Part shown: positions 35,441 through 48,196 of the stretch, piece after piece
Layout: each line of letters opens with the position of its first letter
How positions within the stretch are numbered: the first letter of the stretch is position 1
DNA from: Octopus sinensis
Lineage: Eukaryota
Length of the DNA: 64,000 nt
Assembly (NCBI RefSeq): GCF_006345805.1
Contig: NC_043021.1
Coordinates: 15,624,001-15,688,000, forward strand
Reading direction: 5' to 3'
Made by a program: the position numbers and the translations under genes
Notes under the pieces: model-generated
The model's input: the letters and a program-made list of their open reading frames with translations, nothing else
Database searches by the model: none
Told to the model about the DNA's origin: nothing

Positions 35441-38250
35441 CATCCAGCTGTAAAAACCTTGCCAAAACTGACCTCGCCTGTGCTTATGCCATGTAAAAAG
35501 CACTAAGTCCACTCTGCTGGATGGTTGGTGCTAGGAACAGCATCCAGCTGTAAAAACCTTGCCAAAACTGACCTCGCTGTGCTTATACCATGTAAAAAGC
35601 ACTAAGTCCACTCTGCTGGATGGTTGGTGCTAGGAACAGCATCCAGCTGTAAAAACCTTGCCAAAACTGACCTCGCCTGTGCTTATACCATGTAAAAAGC
35701 ACTAAGTCCACTCTGCTGGATGGTTGGTGCTAGGAACAGCATCCAGCTGTAAAAACCTTGCCAAAACTGACCTCGCCTGTGCTTATACCATGTAAAAAGC
35801 ACTAAGTCCACTCTGCTGGATGGTTGGTGCTAGGAACAGCATCCAGCTGTAAAAACCTTGCCAAAACTGACCTCGCCTGTGCTTATACCATGTAAAAAGC
35901 ACTAAGTCCACTCTGCTGGATGGTTGGTGCTAGGAACAGCATCCAGCTGTAAAAACCTTGCCAAAAATGACCTCGCCTGTGCTTATACCATGTAAAAAGC
36001 ACTAAGTCCACTCTGCTGGATGGTTGGTGCTAGGAACAGCATCCAGCTGTAAAAACCTTGCCAAAACTGACCTCGCCTGTGCTTATACCATGTAAAAAGC
36101 ACTAAGTCCACTCTGCTGGATGGTTGGTGCTAGGAACAGCATCCAGCTGTAAAAAACTTGCCAAAACTGACCTCGCCTGTGCTTATACCATGTAAAAAGC
36201 ACTAAGTCCACTCTGCTGGATGGTTGGTGCTAGGAACAGCATCCAGCTGTAAAAACCTTGCCAAAACTGACCTCGCCTGTGCTTATGCCATGTAAAAAGC
36301 ACTAAGTCCACTCTGCTGGATGGTTGGTGCTAGGAACAGCATCCAGCTGTAAAAACCTTGCCAAAACTGACCTCGCCTGTGCTTATACCATGTAAAAAGC
36401 ACTAAGTCCACTCTGCTGGATGGTTGGTGCTAGGAACAGCATCCAGCTGTAAAAACCTTGCCAAAACTGACCTCGCCTGTGCTTATACCATGTAAAAAGC
36501 ACTAAGTCCACTCTGCTGGATGGTTGGTGCTAGGAACAGCATCCAGCTGTAAAAACCTTGCCAAAACTGACCTCGCTGTGCTTATGCCATGTAAAAAGCA
36601 CTAAGTCCACTCTGCTGGATGGTTGGTGCTAGGAACAGCATCCAGCTGTAAAAACCTTGCCAAAACTGACCTCGCCTGTGCTTATACCATGTAAAAAGCA
36701 CTAAGTCCACTCTGCTGGATGGTTGGTGCTAGGAACAGCATCCAGCTGTAAAAACCTTGCAAAAACTGACCTCGCCTGTGCTTATACATGTAAAAAGCAC
36801 TAAGTCCACTCTGCTGGATGGTTGGTGCTAGGAGCAGCATCCAGCTGTAAAAACCTTGCCAAAACTGACCTCGCCTGTGCTTATACCATGTAAAAAGCAC
36901 TAAGTCCACTCTGCTGGATGGTGGTGCTAGGAGCAGCATCCAGCTGTAAAAACCTTGCCAAAACTGACCTCGCCTGTGCTTATACCATGTAAAAAGCACT
37001 AAGTCCACTCTGCTGGATGGTTGGTGCTAGGAACAGCATCCAGCTGTAAAAACCTTGCCAAAACTGACCTCGCCTGTGCTTATACCATGTAAAAAGCACT
37101 AAGTCCACTCTGCTGGATGGTTGGTGCTAGGAACAGCATCCAGCTGTAAAAACCTTGCCAAAACTGACCTCGCCTGTGCTTATGCCATGTAAAAAGCACT
37201 AAGTCCACTCTGCTGGATGGTTGGTGCTAGGAGCAGCATCCAGCTGTAAAAACCTTGCCAAAACTGACCTCGCCTGTGCTTATACCATGTAAAAAGCACT
37301 AAGTCCACTCTGCTGGATGGTTGGTGCTAGGAACAGCATCCAGCTGTAAAAACCTTGCCAAAACTGACCTCGCCTGTGCTTATCCATGTAAAAAGCACTA
37401 AGTCCACTCTGCTGGATGGTTGGTGCTAGGAACAGCATCCAGCTGTAAAAACCTTGCCAAAACTGACCTCGCCTGTGCTTATGCCATGTAAAAAGCACTA
37501 AGTCCACTCTGCTGGATGGTTGGTGCTAGGAGCAGCATCCAGCTGTAAAAACCTTGCCAAAACTGACCTCGCCTGTGCTTATGCCATGTAAAAAGCACTA
37601 AGTCCACTCTGCTGGATGGTTGGTGCTAGGAGCAGCATCCAGCTGTAAAAACCTTGCCAAAACTGACCTCGCCTGTGCTTATGCCATGTAAAAAGCACTA
37701 AGTCCACTCTGCTGGATGGTTGGTGCTAGGAGCAGCATCCAGCTGTAAAAACCTTGCCAAAACTGACCTCGCCTGTGCTTATGCCATGTAAAAAGCACTA
37801 AGTCCACTCTGCTGGATGTTGGTGCTAGGAGCAGCATCCAGCTGTAAAAACCTTGCCAAAACTGACCTCGCCTGTGCTTATGCCATGTAAAAAGCACTAA
37901 GTCCACTCTGCTGGATGGTTGTGCTAGGAGCAGCATCCAGCTGTAAAAACCTTGCCAAAACTGACCTCGCCTGTGCTTATGCCATGTAAAAAGCACTAAG
38001 TCCACTCTGCTGGATGGTTGGTGCTAGGAGCAGCATCCAGCTGTAAAAACCTTGCCAAAACTGACCTCGCCTGTGCTTATGCCATGTAAAAAGCACTAAG
38101 TCCACTCTGCTGGATGGTTGGTGCTAGGAACAGCATCCAGCTGTAAAAACCTTGCCAAAACTGACCTCGCCTGTGCTTATGCCATGTAAAAAGCACTAAG
38201 TCCACTCTGCTGGATGGTTGGTGCTAGAACAGCATCCAGCTGTAAAAATC
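35441..38250 (+). repeat. 100-bp satellite, 28 full units plus a partial unit, derived from a SINE-internal module
   Basis: Unit catccagctgtaaaaaccttgccaaaactgacctcgcctgtgcttataccatgtaaaaagcactaagtccactctgctggatggttggtgctaggaacag; units are 99-100 bp and near-identical. Confidence 0.97.
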
Positions 38251-38574
38251 CTTCCAAAACAGTCACAGAAGTCTGGTGCAGGCTTCGGCATGGTTGGCTT
38301 TTGTGGTACCATTCCCACCCATGTTAGCATAGAACACGGATGTTGGTGGTAATGATATTTACAAATTAATCATAACTGTTTTAGTAACAGCAGAAAACAA
38401 TAGATATATATATATTTATAAGAATCCAATGTTTCAATTTAAAAAATGAAAAATTATGTAAACTCTATTTTATCAACCTACACACTTTGACTCATTTAAT
38501 TAATTCAAAATGTCTTAATTTTTATGACCGCAACTATACAAAATTAACAAGGCAAGAAATCATTTTTATGTTAT

Positions 38575-38951
38575 ACTAGCAGTATCGCCCGGCGTTGCTC
38601 GGGTTTGTAAGGGAAATAACTATATAAGCATTTTTAGAGATGTAAAGTATAATAGTCATCTCAATATGGCTAACCACAAAGGGGGGTGTTACTGTAGCTT
38701 TTTACGTTCTGAGATTTAATAATAAATTTTTAGAGAGTTACTTCCCTTATATATGCCAAAAATGCATTTAAAATGGGAAAAATTGATGGTAAATTTTTTT
38801 CTAAATCATAGACTCATCGTAGACGCGCGATATGAATCACGACTATAAGATACCCGGTTTTGGTTAAACTGCACCGCAAAATGTGGGAGTAGTTAGGAAT
38901 CTAAATCATAGGAGACAGACAGCACACAACCTCACTTTTATATATAAAGAT
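38575..38951 (+). mobile_element. Non-autonomous Helentron/DINE-1-like element
   Basis: Same 5' ~60 bp as the 4410 copy, different 3' half; ends ttttatatataaagat. Confidence 0.7.
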
Positions 38952-39571
38952 ATCAATAATTACCATAAATCCAATATTTTCCTACAGTCTGTATATGGAT
39001 TAGCAGTTGCTATCAGAATATTGCATCGTTAGTAATTATTGGGTTTACTGATGGTTTCATATGGAGTCTTGTAATTTCTAATTAACACAGAAGAAACCTA
39101 ATTAATTTCGCATCAAGTAACTATTAACCTGTTTACTAACTGCATTTTTGTGTATTCATATTTGCTTTCTACACACCTTGCTTGTATATTATTGGATTTT
39201 GTTTGTGTATATAAACTTATAAACTTAGCAAATGTCTCTTTATCAGCTGAGGTTTGTTTGTATGTGTTGTATGTGTTGTGGGCGAAATTACATGTGGCTT
39301 GTTGGTATGTGTGTGTTTGCATGTCATGGGTGTTTGAATGTATATGTGTGTGTATTTGTATGTGTATATATGTATGTGTGTGTATGCATTTATGTGTGCA
39401 TATGTGTTTGTGTATGTATAGATGTGTGTGTGTATGTGTATATGTATGAATGTATGTAGATGTACATGATGTAAATATGTAAATTTGTGTATGTACATGC
39501 ATATATGTATGTGTATTATAAGTGTATGCATGTATATATGTATAATTTATTATACATATACAAATTTCTCC

Positions 39572-39639
39572 AATGGCGGTGCCCCAGCATGGCCACAGCT
39601 CATGAGTTGAAACTAGATAAAATAAAATAAAATGAAAAA
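39572..39639 (+). mobile_element. Stand-alone retroposon 3' tail with a (TAAAA)n end
   Basis: aatggcggtgccccagcatggccacagctcatgagttgaaactagataaaataaaataaaa. Confidence 0.8.
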
Positions 39640-39879
39640 TATTTACATACAAACACATCTTTTGTGTGTGTGTGTGTGTGTGTGTATACACACATCTACA
39701 TATACACACACACACACACACACAATTGATTTTTGCGTAATATAAAAATATAAGTGCACATTCCAGTTATAATAAATGTAATTTTTATTCTCAATGGGGA
39801 TTAAAGCTTTTTCATTTTAGTTGAGGATTTATTTGTTGTTTTAACACATAAACTTAGTTATATCATTTGTCCATTTATT

Positions 39880-40786
39880 TATCAATCCAAATCATTATCT
39901 GTTGAAGTGTAAGTTAGTGTGTCAACCCACCTCTTCATTTCTTCAGACTCTCGCGACTAACTCAGGCATTTCATGAGAACCATCATTCAACTCTTGTTAC
40001 CTGAGTTCTCATTTCCATCACGAAAAGCCCCTTAATCCTTTGTCGTTTAGACCAGCCATGTCAGTCAGGTCCTATATTCTACCTAACTTGTGTTCAAACC
40101 AGCCAGATCTAACCTCTCATACCTACCCTACAATGTCATTCTGAAAATAAACAGAGCTACGAGATAATGTATGATTAATGCAAAACAATGTGGATAAATA
40201 AGCATTACACGAGATAGGAGTAATCTGAATGTTAAGGGGTTAAAACTGTCCCCAAGAAAACAAACCAGTTTACTTGTAGATTTTTCTGTTTCTTTGAAAA
40301 ACCTGCTAAAATTGATTTCAAATTTGTTATACCAATGATTTCTTCAGTGAGTTACAAGCTAACCCCTTCTGTTCTGCTTGGGTTTATAGTCAGTTGCTTT
40401 AGATCAACGGTGCTGAAACATCCCCGCTTTCTAAAATATCGCCATTTTAGTTCCATAAACCAAATCTTTATTGCCCATTATTATTATTATTATTATCTTT
40501 TTTCTTCTTCTTTCAAATTTGCTTCCATTTCTTGCCGAGTGTCTTCCCGACTCCTAGGGCAAAGAAACTCATAGTATACATTGGTAGGCCATTAAACTAA
40601 ACTCACTAGTTCGTTCATTTTTTTTTTTTTTAAGTTAAATTAAAATACATGGGTAGTAATAGTTCTCACATCGACAATGCTCTTCTCAATATGTGTGATG
40701 TACCAGTTAAGACAATCTTTTGCACTTCTTGCTGGGATGGTAAGCCAGGGATCATTCTCATATAATTTTCGGTTCCCTTATTATTA

Positions 40787-40820
<34 letters not shown>

Positions 40821-40963
40821 CATTATTATATTTTACTTCTCAGAGCTCTTGATCTTACTAGCTCTGGTTAACAGCATCCTTTTGTCAAAGGTCTCACAGG
40901 GTCTTTTTCCACAAATTATAAGACTTGGTACTTAGGTGTTATGTATCGTAGAAGATACTGTGT

Positions 40964-40994
<31 letters not shown>

Positions 40995-42680
40995 GCTGCT
41001 ATTGCTACTACTCTCATTGTTTTTATGTTTTGGCATGTCTTTAATTTTGGGGTAATATATTAGTCACCCATGAAACCAGAATTTACAACAATTGTTAGGA
41101 AAACATCAGATGTTATTAAAACTAGAATAAATAGGCTTTATAGTTCTTTGAAATTGTTCTTCAATGCATTAAAGCTTCTCACAGATTCTGTTTCCATTCT
41201 GTAACTCTTCAATTTGCTTCCAAAATAAATAAACTCTTTCTAATCACTGTTCTGTAGCCTAAACTCTGCTGCTTGCTTAATTAGACATCCTAAATCATAG
41301 GCAATTAATTAGATTAAAGCGTCTTGTGTTTGTTTTCACTCATTAAGCGTAAAGTCTTTCTCCAAAGGCAAAGTAGAGGGGATCTCTTCTTGCAGAAATG
41401 ATCCACATTGCACTGCCTTGAAGGAGATGAGAGGCAAAATCACAAACCATCAGCTAAAAGTTCAGTAAATCATTGTCCTTCATTAAAATTCACCTCACCA
41501 CACGTCCTGACGATGCATTTCGGCAAATGATTTGATAATCTTATTCATTAAGTAGATTACTACTAGAAAGGCGGTGAGCTGGCAGAATCATTAGCACGCT
41601 GGCGAGAGGCTTAGCGGTATTTTGTCTGCCACTACGTTCTGAGTTCAAATTCCGCCGAGGTCGACTTTGCCTTTCATCCTTCAGGGGTCGATAAATTAAG
41701 TACCAGTTATGCACGGGGGTTGATGTAGTCAACTTAATCCGTTTGTCTGTCCTTGTTTGTCCCCTCTGTGTTTAGCCCCTTGTGGGTAGTAAAGAAATAG
41801 GTATTTCGTCTGCTGCTATGTTCTGAGTTCAAATTCCACCGAGGTCGACTTTGCCTTTCATCCTTCAGGGGTCGATAAATTAAGTACCAGTTACGCACTG
41901 GGGTCAATGTAATCAACTTAATCCGTTTGTCCCCTCTGTGTTTAACCCCTTGTGGGTAGTAAAGAAATAGGTATTTTGTCTGCCACTACGTTCTGAGTTA
42001 AAATTCCGCCGAGGTTGACTTTGCCTTTCATCCTTTCGGGGTCGATTTAAATAAGTACCAGTTATGCACTGGGGTCGATATAATCGACTTAATCCATTTG
42101 ACTGTCCTTGTTTGTCCCTTCTGTGTGTAGCCCCTTGTGGGCAGTAAAGAAACAGATTATTACTAGAATTAGCAGGTTGAGTATTGATGCTCTGAACTGG
42201 TAGGAATGAAACAAACTAGGTAGGGAGGAGGCAGAAGAGGAGCAATTGAAGAAGAGAAGAGAAGAAATTGAAGGGAACACTTGAGTCAAAATCCTTTGTC
42301 ATTTCTCTTCTCAAAAACAAAACAAAAAAACAGTTGATTTTTTATCATAGATTTCATTACAGGCAGTTAAGTAACAGCAGGGGTAATCCAAAGGAGAGTG
42401 GGGGTTCCATACTTTACAGCATCGAGTTTGGTATCTCAGTTTATCTGCATCGAAGTTCCTCAGATTTTTTTGCTGATTCTCTTATTTCTTTGGATGACAA
42501 ACATCAGTCGCATCGTAAGATAATTTATTGGTTTCAGAACAAGCATCTTGGTGGCTTAGATAAAAACATGTTTGTGATTTAGGACAAGCATTGGGGAAGG
42601 TATTTTTTTTTTTTTTCTAGCAGCTGGTTTTATGAGATATCATTGTCGACATTACTTGAAAGAATAACTCAACAAACATT
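39880..42680 (-). mobile_element. Heavily decayed LINE (RTE/L2-like) fragments interrupted by younger inserts
   Basis: Minus-strand remnant peptides KEFIYFGSKL (cf. RT thumb F.YLGS) near 41180, FMELKWRYFRK near 40450 and KRWVDTL near 39935; many stops and frameshifts. Confidence 0.35.
41569..42153 (+). mobile_element. SINE family A, head plus three tandem bodies, 15-bp TSD
   Basis: Bodies start at about 41617, 41800 and 41970; AGATTA(C/T)TACTAGAA at 41554-41568 and 42154-42168. Confidence 0.92.
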
Positions 42681-42903
42681 TATACGGCGTAGAAAACGGC
42701 ATACATTATTACGCAGAGCAGGCTCTGGCATGGCTGTGTGATTAAAAGATTTGCTTGGCAGCCACATGATTTTGGGTTCAGTCTCACTGCACAGCACCTT
42801 GGGCAAGAGTTTTGAGATGAATCAATGTCGTGTGAATAAAATTGGGAGATGGAAACTGTGCTGAAGCTCATTGTGTATGTGTGTGTGTGTGTGTCTATGT
42901 ATG

Positions 42904-42945
<42 letters not shown>

Positions 42946-44026
42946 ATACACGTATATATATATATATACACATGTATATATATATATATATATACATGTA
43001 TATATGTGTATGTATATATACACACACACGTACATAAGCATACATACACACAGACACATGTGTATGTATATGTGTGAGCTCTTAACACTTGAGAGCCAGT
43101 GTTGATTTCTTTGTCTCTGTAACTTAGTGGTCTGGCAAAAAGAGATTGATATATTCAAACTTCAGTCATTAGTTGACTTCTTCCCCTCTATACCACACTC
43201 ATGATTGCATCAAAACACACTTTTTTTATGTGTGTGTTGGTTTTTTAAAATCTTTACTAAACTCTCTGTTTAACACACATTTTCTTTATATTCATTTCCA
43301 TAGTAAAATCTATTTTTTAACTTCCAAAGCGCTCTTACACGGTAAATTTTTGTTTTTGTTATTTGTGTTTTAAATATCAAAACCTAAAACTAATTTTTTT
43401 CGTTAATTATGTGGAATGTCATGGCTTCTTAGAATGTTGTAGCATTTTGTTTAATTAACTTGAAATGCAGCTTTTATAATTCATAAATTTTGAATTTTTT
43501 TTTTTTTTTTACATCTCTGGACTATAACAGCTAATTAGGTTTTATTTATCTCCTAATTCTATGTCAGCACCTTCTTTTGTTATATATTGCTTGACAAGAC
43601 ATTCATTTTACTTAGAAAATTTTTTTCTGGTGTAACATACTTTCCTTTGTTTACTAATTTCCATATCAGAACAAAAGTTTTTAGCTAGCTTTAAATGACT
43701 GAGGCAATGTTTGTCTCTGAGGAGGCAAAATTATACTGAAACACAGGTGTCAGACACTTTGCTAATGTTATTTCAAGCATGTTGTGTATTTTTAACACAC
43801 TTGGCCTCTTAAAAGAATATGTTCTCCTTCACTAAATTTCCATGGTGATCTCTCTTTTATGTTTCTGAGTACATGAATATGGTGTAAATGATGTACATGC
43901 CATTGTTTACTGGTGGTTTTGTAGCTGCTTGTGATACAAAATACTTTAGGTCAGTAACAATGTTATTGGTTATAAATCTTATTACTATTAGTTAATATAC
44001 CAATATGTGTGTATAGAGAGACATAT

Positions 44027-44415
44027 TCGCAGGAGTGGCTGTTTGGTAAGTAGCTTGCTAACCAACCACATGGTTCTGGGTTCAGTCCCACTGCGTGGCA
44101 TCTTGGGCAAGTGTCTTCTGCTATAGCCCCGGGCCGACCAATGCCTTGTGAGTGGATTTGGTAGACGGAAACTGAAAGAAGCCTGTCGTATATATATATA
44201 TGTGTGTGTGTGTCTGTGTTTGTCCCCCAGCATTGCTTGACAACTGATGCTGGTGTGTTTACATCCCCGTCACTTAGCGGTTCGGCAAAAGAGACCGATA
44301 GAATAAGTACTGGGCTTACAAAGAATAAGTCCTGGGGTCGATTTGCTCAACTAAAGGCGGTGCTCCAGCATGGCCGCAGTCAAATGACTGAAACAAGTAA
44401 AAGAGAGTAAAAGAG
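44027..44415 (+). mobile_element. SINE family B
   Basis: Consensus match. Confidence 0.9.
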
Positions 44416-45199
44416 TATTCTTTTATCTTCCACATCTGGTTTAAACCTTATCTAGATGTATTTTTGTTCAGATGTTGTTTTCAAATATTTGAACTTGGGT
44501 CTGTCATAACCCTATCGAACCATTAGGCCAGAACTTAACCGAGTTTCCATATATTATAAGGAATTGAAAGTACAATGCTTTCTACTCCTAAATGGGACAC
44601 CAGTCTGTCATAGAATTGAACATCCAGTAATTACTTGTGTTCATTTTTTGCCAGACTGGTGCAACATAAAATGAAGTGTTTTGCTCAAGAACACAACATG
44701 CCATCTAGTCTGGGAATTGAAACTATAACCTTATGATTGTGAGTCCAACACCCTAACCACTTGGCCACATGCCTTTTTAGCCTTTTGCTCATCTAAAGCA
44801 TTTTGATGAGTTTGTCCTAAATGTCGTTGCTTGTTTTCAAACTTTAGTTAGTCTTTGTTTCATACACTGCGAATGATATAACATTTTCCTTTCATAAGTC
44901 CCAAGTTACTCTAATAGTTTAAAAAATTGGGAATGTGAGCCATATATGGTGTACGGATACTAAGGAAATATGTCCTACCGGTCCGAAGCATTTTCTTAAG
45001 TTTTACTTAACCCTTGTTTTTTTATACGTTCGGAGTAATATGAAGTTTTTCTTTCATAATTCCCAAGTTATTCTGGTGGTTGAAAAAAATTGGGAACATG
45101 CTTCATACATGATGCATGGCAGCCAGGGAATTGTGCCAGGGAAAAGCAAAAACGTTAAGGATAAAGGGGAAACAAATATTTAAAAAAAAAGTAAAGATA

Positions 45200-45362
45200 G
45201 GCTTAGGAGTCGCTGTGTGGTAAGTAGCTTGCTTGCCAACCTCATGATTCCATGTTCAATCCCACTGCGTGGCACCTTGGGCAAGTGTCTTCTACTATAG
45301 CCTCAGGCCAACCAAAGCCTTATGAGTGGATTGATTTGGTAGACAGAAACTGAAAGAGGTCC

Positions 45363-45454
<92 letters not shown>

Positions 45455-45600
45455 ATTTGTCCCTGTAATTTAGCAGTTCGGCAAAAGAGACCGATAGAAT
45501 AAGTACTAGGCTTACAAAGAATAAGTCCTGGGGTTGATTTGTTCGACCAAAAGGCAGTGCTCCAGCAGGGCCGCAGTCAGATGACTGAAACAATAACAGA
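45200..45600 (+). mobile_element. SINE family B
   Basis: Consensus match with deletions. Confidence 0.85.
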
Positions 45601-45826
45601 ATAAAGATATTTTCTCCCTCTACAAATGATGTATAAAAAAAACAAACTTTGAGATCATCTTATATATTGATCTACCTAAACATGTTAATAATAAATCATA
45701 CTTAATGGGACACTGATAAATTATTTGATACAAGGATATTCGATATCCTTGTAGTTTATTATATTTCTCAAAAAATAGTGGTTGTTCTGAGGATAAGTTT
45801 TTTATAGGTTTGACAGTATTAACATA

Positions 45827-45967
45827 TAAGGTTGTCCCAAAAGTTCGTAGAAAGTCTTGGAAAATAATGGTCTTTATTTTGAGGAATAATTTTTGTTGTT
45901 TTTGTTAGTACTTGGCGAGTAAAAATTCAATTTTCGCAAGTGTTTACGAATTTTTGGGACAACCTAA
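45827..45967. mobile_element. Tc1/mariner-type MITE
   Basis: 23-bp TIRs taaggttgtcccaaaagttcgta / tacgaatttttgggacaacctaa (2 mismatches), flanked by TA. Confidence 0.85.
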
Positions 45968-47925
45968 TATTTAATGCATGTGGCACTAAAACACTAACTG
46001 TAACCAAAAATGCAATGAGGAAGAAAATAATTGTTAAAGAATAATGCTATTTTTTTTCACTTTCTAATCAATCATGGGAGATAAGACTGGACAGGTTTCC
46101 ATCTGGTTCTAACCTCCTCAGCAAAGCATAGCCTTCAGCATACTTGCTAAAGTAGTGATAAAGGAGCCACTAAGTCAATAGACTCAATGATGCATGTATT
46201 TACATCCGGGAAACGGAATTGTTTACAGATTTTTAATAATTCAGCTGATATCTTGTATAATGCCGCACTGCAAAAAAACCGCATTATTAATTAATTATTG
46301 CATATCTGATACTTTGTTTTCTTTTTTTTTTTTCAAAAGAATGTGGGTTGTGTTGCAAAAACAGTGGAGGGCCAAGCTATAAAATACCATCCTGTATTCT
46401 GTTTCGACTCTGATTCATCTGAGTTCAAATGTTGATGAAAACCAACGAAATGGTAGGGGGATCAAACAAAAAAATAGTGTCCTGTGATTATATATTTGGA
46501 CTTTTCACTCAACTTCAAATACTGGCAAAGTCAGGTCATTGAAACAATCAACCGCAATGTCTTTGGGCTGATAATATCAATGGGTCGTCCTTATACAACA
46601 ATTTAGCTTTGTGATAGGTGCAGGCATGGTTTCATAGAAAGAACTTTGTTTCCCGGTCACATGGTTTTGGGTTCAATCCCACTCAGTGGCACCTTGGGTA
46701 ACTATCTTCTACTATCTTCTAACCCTGTTTGACTCGAGTCTTATGATTGGATTTGGCAGATGGAAACTGAAAGAAGCCTGTCGTGTTTGTGAGTGTGTGT
46801 GTGTGCATGTTTAAAAAAAAATGTAAAGTTACCTTCTCAAGTCATGCTGACTCATAAGGACTGGTTTCCGTGGCGTATAAATTCCCCTCCTGGACGGGAT
46901 GCCAGTCCATCGCAGGATTGCTCATTTTGCCAGTTGAGGGGACTGGAGCAACGTGAAATGAAGTGTCTTGCTCAAGAACACATTGCATTGCCTGGTCCAC
47001 ACATCAATACCACAATCTTATTTATTCACATTGCTTTGAATTAATCTGGCATTAATCTCGTAGCTTTGAGATTTTGAGGATGGGATTATTTTCTTTTTGA
47101 TTTTTTTTCTTAAGAATGACATTGTAGGTTAGGTGTGAGAGGCCGGATCTGGCCCATTCAAACATTAAGCAGGTGGAATATTTGTGCCAGATGTGTCCAA
47201 TTTAGATGCTAAATGGTTAAGAGTTCATCTTAGAAATTTGCTTCTGTCAACAAACACACACATACACACACTCACCAAATGTCAGGTAAACTACTTAAAT
47301 ATGTAGAATCAGAGACAAAACCAACTGTTTTATTATCCTGTGAGATTCTTTAAACTAAGTATTGAACAATTTAAAGATCTTCCATGGGAATTTTAAGTTG
47401 ATTGATAAAATTTTAACTTCTTTAGATATTTTCGTTTTTGGTGATTTTTGTGTGCAATTTTTTTGTAGTCCCTACCCCACCCTCATTTTTTTTTTCCTTT
47501 GCCTTTATTATTTATTATTTTTTATCACCTTTTTGTGTGGGGTGGGGATTGGCGGTGAGGTTCCGTCTTCATGAAAGCAAAAGAAGTAAAAAAAAAAATC
47601 TAAGAGTAGCAGAGAAAAAAAACACACACACAAAAAAAAAAATTTAATCATTAAACAACAAGCAACGAGTTCGAGTATGGAAGTATGGAAGTTCGGTAGA
47701 ATGAAATTTGCTCAAAGCAAATAGGGAAAAACAAATTGATTTTTCCTTCTTTGCCTCCATTCCCTCTCTCTTATTTTCTTTTTTCGCATTTTCTGGTAAT
47801 TTTTTTTTTTTAAATTTGTAGGCTCTAATTATCAATTTTCACTTATAGTCTTTATACATTTGGTTATGTGAGAGGCTTAGCAATTCAGAGACATAAACAA
47901 TTAGACAATAGGAAGTGTGTGTATA

Positions 47926-47976
<51 letters not shown>

Positions 47977-48064
47977 GGAAAGTTTACAAAAATAAACAAA
48001 AGACAAAGGCAGGTGGAGTACAAACAAACAAATATATTAGTATAGCGCTCAGGAATAGAAAAGG

Positions 48065-48102
48065 TCTTTTACATTTCGAGCCTACGCTCTTCAACAGAAA
48101 GA
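48065..48102 (-). ncRNA. Minimal hammerhead-like motif (A6U variant) in a Penelope-like fragment
   Basis: UCUUU CUGUUGA A GAGC-GUAG-GCUC GAAAU GUA AAAGA: perfect 5-bp stem I and 4-bp stem II. Confidence 0.55.
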
Positions 48103-48120
48103 TACACAGAAAAAAACAAG

Positions 48121-48196
<76 letters not shown>

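Noticed and set aside
35441-38250. CRISPR-like regular array
   Set aside because: Units are near-identical over their full 100 bp with no unique spacers, the context is eukaryotic and no cas genes are present. It is a satellite, and its ORFs (36682-38005) are artefacts.
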